A stretch of 64,000 bases of DNA, taken from an uncultured Planctomycetia bacterium (GTDB taxonomy: Bacteria; Omnitrophota; Gorgyraeia; JABMRG01). Below, in pieces: positions 42,752-52,336 of the stretch (the first letter of the stretch is position 1; each line of letters starts with the position of its first letter). Location of the stretch: NCBI GenBank assembly GCA_964634945.1, contig CAZWMG010000007.1, positions 3,488 to 67,487 of the forward strand. The letters are read 5' to 3'. Under the pieces are notes generated by a model. The model had not been told where the DNA came from. It did not search any database and saw nothing but the letters and a program-made list of their open reading frames with translations. Both the position numbers and the translations under genes were made by a program.

Positions 42752-45217
42752 TTACTCAAGCTCATCCTTATGCTTATCCATCCAGCGGAGTCTTTCTCGT
42801 GCATGCTTAGCCTCCTGCGCATCCTCCATCGCTATCTCTTCGTACATCTTTCGCGCGTCGTGCCATCGTTCCTGGGCCTCAAATATTTGCGCTGTTCGTA
42901 AACGTGCGCGCATGGCCCAGTACCTGCTATTAGGATATAAATAACCTACTTTCAAATACTCTGAAATCGCGTTGTCAAAACGAGATTCATCTTCCATACA
43001 TTCAGCTATCCTGAACTGCAGCTCCGCGTTAAAATCGTTATCATCAGATGTAAGCGCCTTTCTGTAATAGCTAACAGATTGGCCATAAAAACCTTTTGAC
43101 TGATATATGAGCCCTATCTTTTTATTAATTATTTTTTGAAATTGCGGATCTTGGTAATTCAAAAGAAGGCGCTCAAGCACATCGACAGCTTCTTCATATT
43201 TTCCTGACTCCGTCAGGATGTCGCCAAGCGCTATCGCGGCATTATGAGCTGAATCACTATTCGGATAACGGGTTATAACACCCTCCAGCTGCTTAAGAGA
43301 CTGCTCAAGCTTGCCTTCACGATAAAGCGTCCACCCTAGGAGGTAATTCGCGTCATCTACTAATACACTCTTTGGAAAACCCACTATAACCCTATTCAGG
43401 CTAATCTTTGCTCTGCCATAAAGGCCCTTGCTATAGTAATTTTGCGCAAACCAGAAGATAATATCCGCGGTTATATCACTATCAGGATAACGCATAAGGT
43501 AATCATCGAATATCTTCATAGCGACCTTCTCTTTTCCCATGCGATAATAGCACCAGCCCAATTCATACCTTGCAAGCCTTTCCAGCTCCAGATCAGAGGC
43601 CGAGCTTATGATACCTTTAAAAATCTCTGCCGCTTTTGCGTAATCTCCCTTATTGTAATAACAACTTCCTATCTGATATAATGACTTATCCCTGAATTCA
43701 CTGTTATAAAACTTTTCGACTATTCTAGTATACTCTTTTATTGCCAATTCATAATTAGACTGTTTATAATAAATATTACCTAATTGGAACACAACCTTAT
43801 CCATAAGGTTGCTCTTAGGAAAATTGCTCACAAAACTCTTAAGCGTTATTACCGCGCTATCAAGCTCATCTATGCTTATAAAAATCTCTCCAAGCCTGTA
43901 CTGAGCATAATCGGCGTAATAATTATCAGGGTATTCGTTGAGCACCTTATCATAATACTCCTGAGCATCTTCGTAATCAGCTAGGTCAAAGTATATATCA
44001 CCTATACGGCACATTGAGCTCGCCTTAAAATTGCTATCACCTGAAGACTCTTTGGCCTGCATAAATTGAAGTATGGCTTTCTCCGGTTGATCAAGGCGTA
44101 AAAACGTCCATGCGATATTATAGTGAACCTCCGGCAAGAGCTCGCTCTCAGGAAAACATATCAGGAGATCTTGATATGCCTCAACCGCATCCGCGTAATT
44201 ACCTATATTGTAGAGAGATTCAGCCTTTTGAAAATATGACTCCTGGGCGTATTTGCTTGTAGGGTATATATCCAATAAACGATCATAAGCGACTATAGCT
44301 TCCTTGTTCTCACCCTTCATGCTATAAGAACGCCCTAAACCAAAAAGGGCGTTATCTCTGGAATCATCAAGCGAATCATCAGCAGCGATACCTTGAAACT
44401 CTTTAATAGCCATCTCATATTCAGCCATCTTAAAATAGGACCAGCCCATGGCAAGGCGAGCATGCGGTATCCACTTTTGCGAGTCTGAGAGTTCTAAAGA
44501 ATCCTGGTACGAGGCGATAGCTGCCTCGTAGTCCTTAAGTTGATAAAGTATCTCTGCCTTTAAAAATAGGGCGTCCTTTACTTCGTTCGCTAATGGAAAA
44601 CGTTTCAGGTAATATTCTACTCTTTCTTTTGCCTTATTAAGTTCTGATAGGTCATAATAAGACTCTGCTGCCTTATAAATAGCTGAGGGCAATATCTTTG
44701 AGTTAGGGTATTTATCTATTATTTTCTCAAAATCCGGTAATGCCTGCCTCATATCATTCTTCTTGTAATAGGCCCACCCGCGTGAGTAATATGCGTATGG
44801 AATAAACGTGGAAAGCGGGTATTTATCGATAAGACGTTGGTAAAACAATATCGCGCTATCATACTGAGCAACCTTAAAATTCACTTCACCGCACCAATAT
44901 AACGCGTCATCCTTAAATTTTGAATCATCCATATCAAGCACAGACTCAAAGCTATTAAGCGCCTTAGAATATTCACCTCTATAAAAATATGCTTTTCCAA
45001 GAAGCATATAAGCTTCATCAATATTGAGGCCTGTAGGATAATACGCGAGAAACTGGCTGGCTTGCTCTATTGTCAGGTCATATAGGCCATCAGCAAATGT
45101 CCTCCTCGCGAGTAAAAGCTGGGTATCCTCCTGCTCTGTGTCCGCGTAAAGTTTAACAGGCATGAATATAGTGCAGAAAAATATAATGATTATAATGGGA
45201 TTATATATGGATTTCAT
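42752..45217 (-). CDS. Large tetratricopeptide-repeat (TPR) protein with a signal peptide (YbgF/CpoB-like architecture but much longer, 821 aa)
   Basis: Signal peptide (IIIFFCTIFMPVKLYA) and more than 15 TPR-like repeats (recurring A-x-Y-x-x-G motifs). It lies immediately upstream of exbB-exbD-tonB-like. Confidence 0.7.
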   Translation of the reverse strand: MKSIYNPIIIIIFFCTIFMPVKLYADTEQEDTQLLLARRTFADGLYDLTIEQASQFLAYYPTGLNIDEAYMLLGKAYFYRGEYSKALNSFESVLDMDDSKFKDDALYWCGEVNFKVAQYDSAILFYQRLIDKYPLSTFIPYAYYSRGWAYYKKNDMRQALPDFEKIIDKYPNSKILPSAIYKAAESYYDLSELNKAKERVEYYLKRFPLANEVKDALFLKAEILYQLKDYEAAIASYQDSLELSDSQKWIPHARLAMGWSYFKMAEYEMAIKEFQGIAADDSLDDSRDNALFGLGRSYSMKGENKEAIVAYDRLLDIYPTSKYAQESYFQKAESLYNIGNYADAVEAYQDLLICFPESELLPEVHYNIAWTFLRLDQPEKAILQFMQAKESSGDSNFKASSMCRIGDIYFDLADYEDAQEYYDKVLNEYPDNYYADYAQYRLGEIFISIDELDSAVITLKSFVSNFPKSNLMDKVVFQLGNIYYKQSNYELAIKEYTRIVEKFYNSEFRDKSLYQIGSCYYNKGDYAKAAEIFKGIISSASDLELERLARYELGWCYYRMGKEKVAMKIFDDYLMRYPDSDITADIIFWFAQNYYSKGLYGRAKISLNRVIVGFPKSVLVDDANYLLGWTLYREGKLEQSLKQLEGVITRYPNSDSAHNAAIALGDILTESGKYEEAVDVLERLLLNYQDPQFQKIINKKIGLIYQSKGFYGQSVSYYRKALTSDDNDFNAELQFRIAECMEDESRFDNAISEYLKVGYLYPNSRYWAMRARLRTAQIFEAQERWHDARKMYEEIAMEDAQEAKHARERLRWMDKHKDELE

Positions 45218-45277
45218 TTAAAGTAAAGTATATCACTTAGTAAATACAAATTCAATGATAAAATAGTCAGGAGAGGG

Positions 45278-48094
45278 CTACATCACCTTTTTAAGATAAC
45301 GTCCTGTATAGGAAGCCTTATTTCTGGAAATTTCAAAAGGAGAACCACAAGCAACGATATTTCCACCTTTTTCACCGCCCTCTGGGCCCAAATCCACAAT
45401 ATAATCCGCGGATTTAATAACATCAAGATTATGCTCTATAACCAATACGGTATTGCCTTGCGCAACCAATTTGTTCAAGACCGATAATAGCTTGCTCACA
45501 TCAGCAAAGTGTAGGCCGGTTGTAGGTTCATCAAGAATATATAAGGTTCTACCTGTCGCTAACTTAGAAAGCTCTGTTGCTAATTTTATCCTTTGCGCTT
45601 CACCACCGGAGAGCGTTGTAGCGGCCTGGCCCAGTTCAATGTAGCCTAAACCGACCTCAGAGAGAGTCTTTAATTTTTTGTATATTGAGGGAATATTAGC
45701 AAAAAGCTCTATCGCGTCATCTACCGCCATTTCAAGTACATCGGATATGGACTTGCCCTTGTATTTTACCTCTAGAGTCTGCTGATTGAAACGCTTGCCT
45801 TGGCATGCCTGACACCTTATATAAACATCCGGAAGAAAGTGCATCTCTATCTTCTTCACACCATCGCCATCACATATTTCGCACCTGCCGCCCTTAACAT
45901 TAAAACTAAACCTGCCGGCCCTATACCCCCTTATCTTCGATTCGGGCAACTTGCTAAATAGATCTCTTATATGGCTAAAGGCACCTGTATAAGTAGTGGG
46001 ATTGGAACGTGGTGTACGTCCTATGGGTGACTGGTCCACAACTATTACCTTATCTATATGCTCACTACCCAATATCGCTTTATGCTTGCCCGGAGCTTGA
46101 GTTGAATTATAAAATTTCCTCGCGAGGGCCCTATAGAGTATCTCATCTACCAATGTGGATTTACCCGAACCGGAAACACCTGTCACGCAACTAAAGGTGC
46201 CCAAAGGCAGAGATATGTCAATCCCCTTTAGGTTATGTTCACTTGCCTCCTTGATGATAAGCTTTTTTTTATTTTTATAATCTCTATAATTTCCGGATGG
46301 GGCCACTACTAAACTGGAGTTTAAATACCTTGCTGTTAAGGAAGCCTTATTTTTAAGAAGCCCTTTTAACTTACCGCTATAGATAAGCTCCCCGCCTTTC
46401 TTGCCGGCACCCGGGCCTAAATCCACAATATAATCCGCGTTCCTGATCATGACCTCATCATGCTCTACAACAATGATAGTATTTCCTAAATCCCGCAAAG
46501 TTTTAAGCGTAGAGAGAAGTTTGGAATTATCTCTCTGATGAAGGCCTATGCTCGGTTCGTCCAACACATAGAGAACTCCAACCAGTCCGGCGCCTATCTG
46601 AGTAGCCAGCCTGATGCGCTGCGCTTCGCCGCCTGAAAGAGTAGAGCTTACACGATCAAGAGTTAAATAACCTAAACCTACATTCAACAAAAATTTCAGC
46701 CTGCTCTTAAGCTCTTTCATTATCTGTTTTGCGATCTGCTCACTTTTAGCGTTAAGTTTTAAGTGTTTAAAAAACTCAAAAGCCTGATTTATAGAGAGGC
46801 TGGATATATCAGCGATATTCCTATCTGTAATCTTTACTGCAAGAGATTCATCCTTAAGCCGCTTGCCCTTACACTTAAAACACGGGCGTACAGACATATA
46901 GGTATGAATAAAGTCGCGCATATATTCACTCTCAGTCTCTTTAAAACGACGCTCTAAATTTGGTATGACCCCCTCAAAGTATCTTTCCTCCCCCTTGCCT
47001 TCCCGGCTGCCATAGAGAATAACTTCTCGTATTTTTTTACCCAAATCCTTAAACGGCTTTTCAGCACTAAAATCGTAATCATACGCAAGCCCGTTAAGAA
47101 GCCTGTAATAATACAATAGTAATGATTTTCCGCCTTTTCTCCATGGTTCTATAGCGCCTTCTTTAATGGATTTTGATTTATCCGGCACAACAAGATCCGG
47201 ATCTATCTCCATATTATGTCCTAATCCATTACAAGCGGGACATGCGCCATATGGAGAGTTAAAAGAAAATGCCCTGGGCTCTAGTGTCTCATAATTTATT
47301 CCGCAATCCAGGCATGCGCTTTGAGAACTATAGAGTGTTTCGGTTTTTGGTTTTTGCTTTTGGGTTTGCGCGGAAGATTGTATCGCAACTATCATTAGGC
47401 CGCTTCCAATTTCTAAAGCGGTTTCAACAGAATCAGCAAGGCGTTTTTGAACTCCGGGCTTTATTATCAACCTATCAACAACAACCTCTATATTATGCTT
47501 TGAGTTCTTATTAAGATTTATTTCTTCAGAAAGGTCGGATATTTTTCCATCTACCCTGCACCGCACAAAACCATTTTTCTTCATATTACTAAAAAGATCT
47601 TTGTATTCACCTTTTTTTCCGCGAACAATCGGGGCTAAGATCATAATAGGCGCATGCATAGGATAACGAATTATCGCATCGATAATCTGTTGTGAAGACT
47701 GATGCGTTATGAGTCTAGAACACTTATAACAGTATATGTCTCCGATTCTGGAAAAAAGTAGCCTTAAATAATCATGGATCTCAGTAACAGTCGCAACTGT
47801 GGAACGGGGATTCGAACCGGCCCTCCTTTGCTGGATCGCTATGCTTGGAGAAAGGCCTTCTATATTATCGACATCCGGTTTCTGCATCTGTTCTAAAAAT
47901 TGACGCGCATAAGCGGAAAGGCTTTCAACGTATTTGCGTTGTCCTTCAGCATATACAGTATCAAACGCAAGTGAACTTTTTCCTGAACCTGACAAACCTG
48001 TAATTACAGTAAGTTCATTGCGCGGAAGTTTTAAACTTATTGACTTCAGGTTATGTTCTTTAGCGCCCTTTATCGTAATGTAGCTATTTTTCAT
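45278..48094 (-). CDS. uvrA: Excinuclease ABC subunit A
   Basis: Two ABC ATPase modules (GLSGSGKSSLAFDT and GVSGSGKSTLV), zinc-finger cysteines, 938 aa. Confidence 0.95.
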   Translation of the reverse strand: MKNSYITIKGAKEHNLKSISLKLPRNELTVITGLSGSGKSSLAFDTVYAEGQRKYVESLSAYARQFLEQMQKPDVDNIEGLSPSIAIQQRRAGSNPRSTVATVTEIHDYLRLLFSRIGDIYCYKCSRLITHQSSQQIIDAIIRYPMHAPIMILAPIVRGKKGEYKDLFSNMKKNGFVRCRVDGKISDLSEEINLNKNSKHNIEVVVDRLIIKPGVQKRLADSVETALEIGSGLMIVAIQSSAQTQKQKPKTETLYSSQSACLDCGINYETLEPRAFSFNSPYGACPACNGLGHNMEIDPDLVVPDKSKSIKEGAIEPWRKGGKSLLLYYYRLLNGLAYDYDFSAEKPFKDLGKKIREVILYGSREGKGEERYFEGVIPNLERRFKETESEYMRDFIHTYMSVRPCFKCKGKRLKDESLAVKITDRNIADISSLSINQAFEFFKHLKLNAKSEQIAKQIMKELKSRLKFLLNVGLGYLTLDRVSSTLSGGEAQRIRLATQIGAGLVGVLYVLDEPSIGLHQRDNSKLLSTLKTLRDLGNTIIVVEHDEVMIRNADYIVDLGPGAGKKGGELIYSGKLKGLLKNKASLTARYLNSSLVVAPSGNYRDYKNKKKLIIKEASEHNLKGIDISLPLGTFSCVTGVSGSGKSTLVDEILYRALARKFYNSTQAPGKHKAILGSEHIDKVIVVDQSPIGRTPRSNPTTYTGAFSHIRDLFSKLPESKIRGYRAGRFSFNVKGGRCEICDGDGVKKIEMHFLPDVYIRCQACQGKRFNQQTLEVKYKGKSISDVLEMAVDDAIELFANIPSIYKKLKTLSEVGLGYIELGQAATTLSGGEAQRIKLATELSKLATGRTLYILDEPTTGLHFADVSKLLSVLNKLVAQGNTVLVIEHNLDVIKSADYIVDLGPEGGEKGGNIVACGSPFEISRNKASYTGRYLKKVM

Positions 48095-48194
48095 CTCTTC
48101 TCACATAACAGGAAACCCCTTCTCGCAATAAGCCGTTTAAAGCATTCTGCTAAAAGGGGTTCTCTGTTTCAAATTAATTACTATCTATTAAAAT

Positions 48195-48299
48195 TTATTT
48201 CTTCTTCTTCTTTTTAGCCTTTTTCTTTGCTACCTTTTTCTTTGCTACCTTTTTCTTTGCTACCTTTTTCTTTTTCTTTGCCTTTTTCTTTGCTGCCAT
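48195..48299 (-). CDS. Very small lysine-rich peptide, 34 aa: MAAKKKAKKKKKVAKKKVAKKKVAKKKAKKKKKK
   Basis: ATG at 48299 with a GGAGGGG SD 6 nt upstream. It is a (KKKVA)n histone-H1-like tail-only protein, too short for the ORF track. Confidence 0.45.
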   Translation of the reverse strand: MAAKKKAKKKKKVAKKKVAKKKVAKKKAKKKKKK

Positions 48300-48343
48300 G
48301 TTTCCCCTCCTTTTTTAGTAAAGAATTTAATCTTTACACGCTA

Positions 48344-48691
48344 CTATCTCTTCTTCTTTGCCTTCTTCTTCGCAACCTTCTTCTTTGCCTTCTTCTTCGC
48401 AACCTTCTTCTTTGCCTTCTTCTTGGCTACTTTCTTCTTAGCAACTTTCTTCTTGGCTACTTTCTTCTTCTTGCCGCGAGCCATCTTTGCCATTGAAACG
48501 TCGCCCTGCTTATCTATGAAATAGAGATACCCCTTTTCCCTTACGATACCGGATTTCACAACTACCTTAGGGCCACCGCCTTTCTTCTTACCACGAGCCA
48601 TCTTTGCCATTGAAACATTACCTTTTTTATCCAAATAATAAAGATAGCCTTTTTCTCTCTTAATTTTGCATTTCAAAACTTTTGTTGCCAT
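48344..48691 (-). CDS. Lysine-rich basic protein with two tandem copies of an uncharacterised domain of about 35 aa, followed by a KKKVA-repeat histone-H1-like tail
   Basis: Domain 1 is KCKIKREKGYLYYLDKKGNVSMAKMARGKKKGG. Domain 2 is KSGIVREKGYLYFIDKQGDVSMAKMARGKKKK. The tail is VAKKKVAKKKVAKKKAKKKVAKKK... A GGAGGTG SD lies upstream. Confidence 0.6.
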   Translation of the reverse strand: MATKVLKCKIKREKGYLYYLDKKGNVSMAKMARGKKKGGGPKVVVKSGIVREKGYLYFIDKQGDVSMAKMARGKKKKVAKKKVAKKKVAKKKAKKKVAKKKAKKKVAKKKAKKKR

Positions 48692-48978
48692 ATTATATTT
48701 TTCACCTCCCTTCCAAAATATTTTTATTAATTTTATTTTACGCTCTTTTTAAAGGGTGCGCAAGAACTTTTTGCTTTTTTTTTGAAAAAAATTAATTTTT
48801 TTTAGAATACGATTAAAGGATTTAAGGCTCCTTACGGGACCATAAAGTGTTCGCGTAAAAAAGATAAACAAGCGAATGGCTCTAGATTGCCGGGAAATTT
48901 TAGAATACAGGATTTAAAAACTATGCAACAGTGGGGAATTATATAGAAAATTAATTACGCCTTGGAAAAGATTAAAAA

Positions 48979-49794
48979 TTATGTACCGATCTTTACACAA
49001 TCATCAAGGTGCTGTTTTAAGGTAGCTACCGCGGAAAGCGGCGCTAGAAAACTTGTCTTTGGATTCTGTGGAGATGGGACATTCTCAGTGCGCGCAATAA
49101 GCCTGCCAAAATCTCCTTCAGCCTCAACCTCATGTGAGTTAACAGTGTATTTGGGAGATGTAACAACCTTGACTATTGTTCTCTGTGCGCCTATACCGGC
49201 TACGCTTAAAAGTGCGGAGACATTGATATTCTTAGGAAAGGCCTTGACCGCTTCCTGCGCAGTGCCTTCGAATATAATATAATCATCAGTTATAGCGTCT
49301 AGGTCTATCTTGTTAGCGATTATATGGGGGGCGCCCCTCAATCCCTTCGGAGGTTTTCGCGTGGTAAGAGTAACTTTTTTTATATCGCCTGTGCCGGCGG
49401 ACTTTATGCCATCTAATCCGCATATAGCTCCGCTAGGAAGAATGATCTTCGCTTTATTTTTTCTTGCGATTTTAAACAGGTCTTCACTTCTCTCTAAGAG
49501 CCCTCCTATGCTCATTACTAAAACATCTTTTTTATTCAACAGGGCCTGTTTAGCCAGATCAAAAGAAAAGCTGCCGGAGGCCGCCTCAACTACAATATCT
49601 GATTTATCGATAAGACTGCTAAGCGAGACTACCGGAGGATTGCCGGAAAGAGAGGCACAAAGATCCTGAGCTCGGGCATTGTCTGTATCACAAAGCGCTA
49701 CGATAGCTGCTAGTGCCTTTAGTTCTTTATCCAGCGTTTTCGCGATAAAGCTGCCTATAGTGCCGCAACCTACTATACCTACTTTTTTTGTCAT
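48979..49794 (-). CDS. nadX: L-aspartate dehydrogenase NadX
   Basis: KVGIVGCGTIGSFIAKTL is a Rossmann N-terminus, with a DUF108/NadX C-terminal domain. It is adjacent to nadA. Confidence 0.75.
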   Translation of the reverse strand: MTKKVGIVGCGTIGSFIAKTLDKELKALAAIVALCDTDNARAQDLCASLSGNPPVVSLSSLIDKSDIVVEAASGSFSFDLAKQALLNKKDVLVMSIGGLLERSEDLFKIARKNKAKIILPSGAICGLDGIKSAGTGDIKKVTLTTRKPPKGLRGAPHIIANKIDLDAITDDYIIFEGTAQEAVKAFPKNINVSALLSVAGIGAQRTIVKVVTSPKYTVNSHEVEAEGDFGRLIARTENVPSPQNPKTSFLAPLSAVATLKQHLDDCVKIGT

Positions 49795-49819
49795 GATTCT
49801 CTCATTAGTGTTCTTGTAA

Positions 49820-49964
49820 GGGGATACCCCTACGATTGAGTTTTTACTGTTTTTAGTTTTTTTTGATAACCATATCTTGCTTTATGCAAATACATTAAAG
49901 ATGTATTTTTTGTAAAATTTTATCAATTTCCGTGAGTAGGGGTGTCCCCTTTAGGACCGTCCCC
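49820..49964. repeat. MITE-like intergenic element, copy C: left arm GGGGATACCCCT, right arm AGGGGTGTCCCCTTTAGGACCGTCCCC
   Basis: Shares the arms with copies A and B, and the internal strings CTACGATTGAGTTTTTACTGTTTTT and ATTTCCGTG with copy A. It lies between the nadA stop and the nadX start. Confidence 0.7.
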
Positions 49965-49970
49965 TTCATA

Positions 49971-50948
49971 TTAAGTACCTGATATAGATACCCACTTTTT
50001 TTCACCGGATATCGCGAGCATCCTCTCTACTGATTTATACGCACGCGCCCTTATATCCTCAGGAACCGATATCTTACCAACCATAAGCTCTAAGGAGTTT
50101 ACTATCCATCCAAGAGTAGTGAGTTTCATGCTTGCGCACAAGAGGTGATCCGTAGGAAGAAAGAACCTCTTATCGGGATTATCCTGTCTCAACCTATAAA
50201 GCATGCCCATTTCTGTTCCAATAATAAAATCTCTTTTGCTAGAAGTCTTTATATATTCAAGCATCCCTCCTGTTGATGTGACCTTATCCGCAAGATCAAG
50301 TATATCCGGGTTGCATTCAGGATGAGCTATAAACTCCGCTCCGGGATAGAGGCTCTTCGCAGCTATTATCTGGTCAGGTAAAACTCTAATATGTGTGGGG
50401 CAGAAACCCTCCCATAATATTATCTCCTTATCAGGCAGCTGTGATTGTACGTAATACCCAAGATTTTTATCGGGAATAAATATTACTTTTTTTTCCTTAA
50501 GGGAGGCGACAACCTCAACAGCATTACGTGAGGTGCAGCATATATCGCTCTCTGCTTTTATTGCCGCGGATGTATTGACATAGCAAACAACCGGTACGCC
50601 GGGATATTCCTGCTTCTTCTTTCTTAATGCCTCAGGCGTAATCATATCTGCCATAGGGCATCCTGCCTCTTTTACAGGGAGCAAAACAGTCTTTTTGGGA
50701 TTCAATATATAAGCGGTCTCTGCCATAAAGTGAACTCCGCAGAATACAATAACGTCCGCCTCTATCTTAATGGCTGCCTTGCTCAATCCCAATGAATCAC
50801 CCGTAATATCCGCTATCTCCTGGACTTCATCTCTCTGATAATTATGGACAATAATAACGGCGTTGCGTTTTTTTCTAAGCTCAGCGATGCGGTTCTTAAG
50901 CTTTTCTATGTATTTCTTGTTAGTCGCTTCCGTATACTCTTCTATCAT
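49971..50948 (-). CDS. nadA: Quinolinate synthase NadA
   Basis: 325 aa with the three conserved NadA Cys-containing segments (e.g. HPECNPDI). Confidence 0.9.
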   Translation of the reverse strand: MIEEYTEATNKKYIEKLKNRIAELRKKRNAVIIVHNYQRDEVQEIADITGDSLGLSKAAIKIEADVIVFCGVHFMAETAYILNPKKTVLLPVKEAGCPMADMITPEALRKKKQEYPGVPVVCYVNTSAAIKAESDICCTSRNAVEVVASLKEKKVIFIPDKNLGYYVQSQLPDKEIILWEGFCPTHIRVLPDQIIAAKSLYPGAEFIAHPECNPDILDLADKVTSTGGMLEYIKTSSKRDFIIGTEMGMLYRLRQDNPDKRFFLPTDHLLCASMKLTTLGWIVNSLELMVGKISVPEDIRARAYKSVERMLAISGEKKWVSISGT

Positions 50949-51298
50949 AATTTCTTTACCCCGTTTTTATCGTTAAGAAATACTCTTTTCGCGTTAAAGG
51001 TTGATGCCTCTTTTGATTCAACCAAACAATACGAAATTATTATGACCCTGTCGCCTTTTTGCGCGCATCTTGCGGCACCACCATTTAAACAAATATCTCC
51101 CTTACCGGATTCTCCTTCTATAACATAGGTCTCAAACCTAGCGCCATTATTAAGATTCACGATCTGGACCTTCTCTCCGGGAAATATATCAGAAACTTTT
51201 AGCAGCTCTGAATCAATAGTGATGCTCCCTGTGTAGTCCAAATTGGCATCCGTTACTGTGGCATTATGAATCTTTGATTTGTAAATTATTCTTAACAT
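50945..51298 (-). CDS. panD: Aspartate 1-decarboxylase PanD
   Basis: MLRIIYKSKIHNATVTDANLDYTGSITID is the canonical PanD N-terminus including the G-S self-cleavage site. Confidence 0.9.
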   Translation of the reverse strand: MLRIIYKSKIHNATVTDANLDYTGSITIDSELLKVSDIFPGEKVQIVNLNNGARFETYVIEGESGKGDICLNGGAARCAQKGDRVIIISYCLVESKEASTFNAKRVFLNDKNGVKKL

Positions 51299-51408
51299 CT
51301 TCCTTACTCCTTTTTATTATTAATTAAATATTAAAGTATTAATCTGCATGTATTAAGTTTTTTTCTGGAATTTGTTTAGTGTTCCGCTAATCTCTTATAT
51401 GTTTTTAT

Positions 51409-51471
51409 TATCCTTTATCCTTTATCCTTAATCCTTAATCCTTAATTCTTAATTCTTAATTCCTAATTCTT
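51409..51471. repeat. Heptanucleotide tandem array: (TATCCTT)x3 (AATCCTT)x2 (AATTCTT)x2 AATTCCT AATTCTT. It spans the last codons of panC and the panC-panD spacer.
   Basis: Seen directly. A second, unrelated 7-mer array lies at 57065..57104. Confidence 0.7.
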
Positions 51472-52336
51472 TTTTCTTTACATCTACCCTCACCTTATGC
51501 CTTATTATCATATTATCGATAAGCCTTGTTGTTCCGATCTTAACCGCTAGCGCTATCAATACTTTTGAATTAACTACTCTCTTTTTACTTAATGTATCAG
51601 GACAAACTACATCGATATAATCAATACATGTATTCGGTTTATTCAAAATGCTCTTCATAGCGGATCTTACTTTAGATGCGCTACTTTCTCCGTGCACAAT
51701 AAGGTCTTTTGCTTTTTTTAAGGATTTATAAAGCAGCTTGGCGTCTTCCATCTCCGGATCAGTCAAATATCTATTGCGTGAACTTAGGGCAATGCCGGAT
51801 TTTTCTCTAACTATGGGCAGCACCTTAACATTGATATCAATATTAAGGTCCCGAACCATCTTCTTTATAATAAAGGCCTGCTGATAATCTTTTTGTCCAA
51901 AATATACCGTGTCAGGGGCTATGATATTGAATAATTTTGTACATACAGTCGCGACACCTTTGAAGTGCCCGGGCCTTGACCTTTTGCACATAATATCTGA
52001 TCTCTCTTCAACCTCAACATAAGTGCTAAAACCTTTAGGGTACATTGATCCGGCATCCGGAAAGAACAAAATATCGCAACCGCACTTCTCGGCCTGCTGA
52101 GCATCTCCCTTGATCGCTCTTGGATATTTTTTGTAATCCTCGTTCTTCCCAAACTGCGTCGGATTAACAAATATACTCACCACTACAATATCGTTTTCCT
52201 TTTTAGCTTTTCTTATAAGCGAAAGGTGGCCTTCGTGAAAGGCTCCCATAGTAGGGACAAAACCTATTCTTTTTTTCTTTCTTCGAAGATGCTTTAGCAA
52301 GAGAGTAACCTTGCTTAATTCTTTAACGAGCTTCAT
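51449..52336 (-). CDS. panC: Pantoate--beta-alanine ligase PanC
   Basis: GFVPTMGAFHEGHLSLI (HIGH-type motif), 295 aa. Confidence 0.9.
   Translation of the reverse strand: MKLVKELSKVTLLLKHLRRKKKRIGFVPTMGAFHEGHLSLIRKAKKENDIVVVSIFVNPTQFGKNEDYKKYPRAIKGDAQQAEKCGCDILFFPDAGSMYPKGFSTYVEVEERSDIMCKRSRPGHFKGVATVCTKLFNIIAPDTVYFGQKDYQQAFIIKKMVRDLNIDINVKVLPIVREKSGIALSSRNRYLTDPEMEDAKLLYKSLKKAKDLIVHGESSASKVRSAMKSILNKPNTCIDYIDVVCPDTLSKKRVVNSKVLIALAVKIGTTRLIDNMIIRHKVRVDVKKKELGIKN

Noticed and set aside
48227-48496. Plus-strand ORF of 89 aa with poly-Leu/Phe repeats (MLPFSLLPFSLLPFS...)
   Set aside because: It is the antisense reading of the (KKKVA)n lysine-rich genes. Its periodic composition comes from the AAG/AAA-rich sense strand, and it has no SD.
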